DNA of 51,946 nt, from assembly GCF_001194135.2 (NCBI RefSeq), contig NC_068981.1:75800490-75852435 (forward strand). Reading direction: 5' to 3'. Source of the DNA: Octopus bimaculoides. Taxonomy: Eukaryota. Below are positions 49,511 to 51,946 of the stretch, in pieces (the first letter of the stretch is position 1; the number at the start of each line of letters is the position of its first letter). A program made the translations under genes and the position numbers. Under the pieces are notes generated by a model that was not told the origin of the DNA, searched no databases, and saw only the letters and a program-made list of their open reading frames with translations.

Positions 49511-50994
49511 GTTTGTGTGTAAGTGTGCATATGTAGGGTCGTACGTATGTGCGAATGTTTGTATGTAATGAATATTTACAGATGCGTTTATAACAGGAAT
49601 AGAAATAGGTTTAAGAAATTATCTGAAGAAAATCAATAACGGAAGATGTATGGCATTAACCTCAACTCTACCTTCATAGAATATAAACATTTAAATGGTG
49701 AATCGTATTTAAGAAGAGAGAAGATATGATACGACGAAGGGTTAATAAGAATGACATCCATACCTCTATTGACTTTTTGTTTTGATAGTATTTTGGACTT
49801 TAGGCCTCTTTCATTAGAACAAAATGTTGATTCGCAGATGTCGGCTGGTGACGGCCAATATTTCTTTAAAAATTTTACACTGTGTAAAACAAGGATTTGG
49901 CTATGTACATTTACTTAAACACTTTCAATTATATATCATATCTATGTATATAAGTACGTATAGAGCAGTTCTATTCATGGAGTGGTGTATAATTTAACAC
50001 AGCATCCAGTATAGCCGTTTAAATAGAAATATTTATCTTAGTACTTAATTACTATTCAATGTATCTAATGCGTACAGAAATTATGATATTCTATATAATA
50101 TGTTTAATATATTTCATGTGAATTTAATCTTAGAAACACTGAAAGTGCATATGTAAAATAAAGCTACATAATATGCTATGGCAATAGTGTATGCATTATC
50201 GTGGGAAACATCAGTGTTTCACATGTAACTTGAAATAATTTGGTCCCTAGCTTTACAGTTCTGTATGCTGAGTGTTACTTATGCATGAGTGAAGATGCAT
50301 GCTTGATTGCTGGAAATGGGAATTAGCAAATTTCTCTCGAATACGAATGAAAATATATATTGAGTCCTGAACTAAGGGAATGGCCCAAGCTTTGTTTCCG
50401 AAAAAGCTATTAAATTTTGTATTCCATTAATGCCATCTGTCAGATATTCTGGATACTGGAAAGGCATAAATATTCCTTTGGTCACAAGGTGGAACAAGCC
50501 TTTCTATGGAAAAACACACCCCTACTATTTCGAATTGTTTTTCACGACTAGGAGTTTTAAATTGATGTATAACAATAATAATCTTAATACCTCAAATACA
50601 CCGACTTACAATCCTTTGATAGAGAAATTCCACTGCCTCATCGTATATTTATTCTGATTTGCTTGTTATGTTTTTTTTCTTCCGTTTCTCCCATTTCACT
50701 CTGCTTTCGATTCGTATCTTTATTTCTCCAGCATTTATTAGGTTTCTTTGTATTGAATAGCGTCTACTGATATAAAATATAAGAATACACACGTTGCAAA
50801 TATAAATGCACATATAAACACAAACTCACGCATATTCGCAAAAGCCCACCTCATATATATATATATGCTATATTAAATCTATGAGCAAGTTATAAACAGT
50901 AGCAGTACGGAATCGTAACATATAATTGCTAACCGAGTGTCGCATCTTATACAAGGCAGTGCTACTGCTTATATCTCGCTCAGATAATTAATAT

Positions 50995-51070
50995 AGCTGG
51001 AGGAAATGTCTTCCTGGTGTTATAAACGTCAGTTGCACTGCTCTGTAAAGGACGCCACACTTGGTAAGCA
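50995..51070 (+). repeat. Fragment related to the 42.2-42.6 kb repeat
   Basis: ctggaggaaatgtcttcctgg matches ctggaggagatgtctacctgg (42552). Confidence 0.5.
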
Positions 51071-51081
51071 ATTACATGTTA

Positions 51082-51187
<106 letters not shown>

Positions 51188-51250
51188 ATATATGTATATA
51201 TACACATACCATGCATACAAACATATATAAATTCGTGCACATATTCATGT

Positions 51251-51572
51251 GATGGAACATACTTGCAACTTTATTGATCACAACGATCATATCGTCAAGT
51301 CCTGCACTCTGAAGGGTGGGAAAGTATATAATGAATTTCAGTGCATCATATGCTACAGAAGCATCCCATCAGGTGATGTAATTGGGCTCTTGTTGATCTT
51401 AAGAACGAGACATTACATATGTAACGAAGATCTCCAATATATCGCCTGATAAGACGTTTCTTCATCGTGGGATGCACCGCTATTCGTTGTATAGTTTCCC
51501 AGGTGTGAGGGAGCGATGCAGGATGTGTCGAAACGATCGTTGTGATAAAGAAAGTTTCAAGTATATTCCATC
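51251..51572. repeat. ~320-bp palindrome of two head-to-head hammerhead-bearing units
   Basis: Plus arm 51441-51546: ATCGC-CTGATAA-[GAC..GTC]-GAAA-C-GATC-GTT-GTGAT. Minus arm 51377-51277: ATCAC-CTGATGG-..-GATA-T-GATC-GTT-GTGAT. Flanks continue as an inverted match to gatggaa/ttccatc; centre ttacatatgtaa. Confidence 0.85.
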
Positions 51573-51762
51573 TTCCTTCTCTATTGTTTTCTATCATACT
51601 CAATGTGCAGTGAAGAATTACGAATGCTGATCCAGCGACGTTTGCGCAATTACCATGGAAGATGCAAGGTAGCCATAAGCAGAGAAGTTTTTATCGGCAT
51701 ACTACTAGGGACATACCCAACTCGTAAATCTAAAATTTAAAATTTAATTTTAACTTATATAG

Positions 51763-51917
51763 ATGTGGCTGTGTGGTAAGTAACTTGCTTCCCAACCACA
51801 TGGTTCCGGGTCCAGTCCCACTGCGTAGCACCTTAGGCAAGTGTCTTTTACTTTAGCCTCGGACCGAGAAAGCCTCGTGAGTGAATTTGGTAGACGGAAA
51901 CTGAAAGAAGCCCGTCG
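51763..51917 (+). mobile_element. tRNA-type SINE, family A
   Basis: gtggctgtgtggtaag (A-box-like), ggttccgggtccagtccc (B-box-like), and a tail gaaagaagcccgtcg-(TA)n. Confidence 0.85.
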
Positions 51918-51946
51918 TATATATATATATATATATATATATATAT

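Overview
AT-rich, microsatellite-laden eukaryotic DNA from a gapped assembly, with seven N-runs, each abutting (TA)n/(TG)n/(CA)n tracts. The SINE families and repeat load suggest an octopus genome (inference from recall, not a database search). I could not support any host protein-coding exon; almost all long ORFs in the track are microsatellite or gap artefacts. The window is a transposon graveyard: a near full-length DD34D mariner, a full-length DD34E Tc1, a DD37D-like (maT) fragment, a MITE, Helitron remnants, three Penelope-like (PLE) RT remnants, an R4-like RT fragment, several tRNA-type SINEs, and three Tx1/L1-type ORF1 (zinc-knuckle) elements, one followed by an APE endonuclease. Two systems stand out. 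(1) All three Tx1-like elements start at the same 15-bp motif. That motif also directly follows the 3' end of one of them, and in two loci 31 kb apart it sits next to the same ~285-bp Tc1-like terminal sequence. This suggests sequence-specific, tandem-forming insertion of LINEs, including ORF1-only ones, into a DNA-transposon end or promoter. (2) Several unrelated minimal type-I hammerhead ribozyme motifs with palindromic stem-III loops: one has an intact core, and two loci are ORF-less head-to-head palindromes of hammerhead-bearing units. All alignments and translations outside the supplied ORF track were done by eye.
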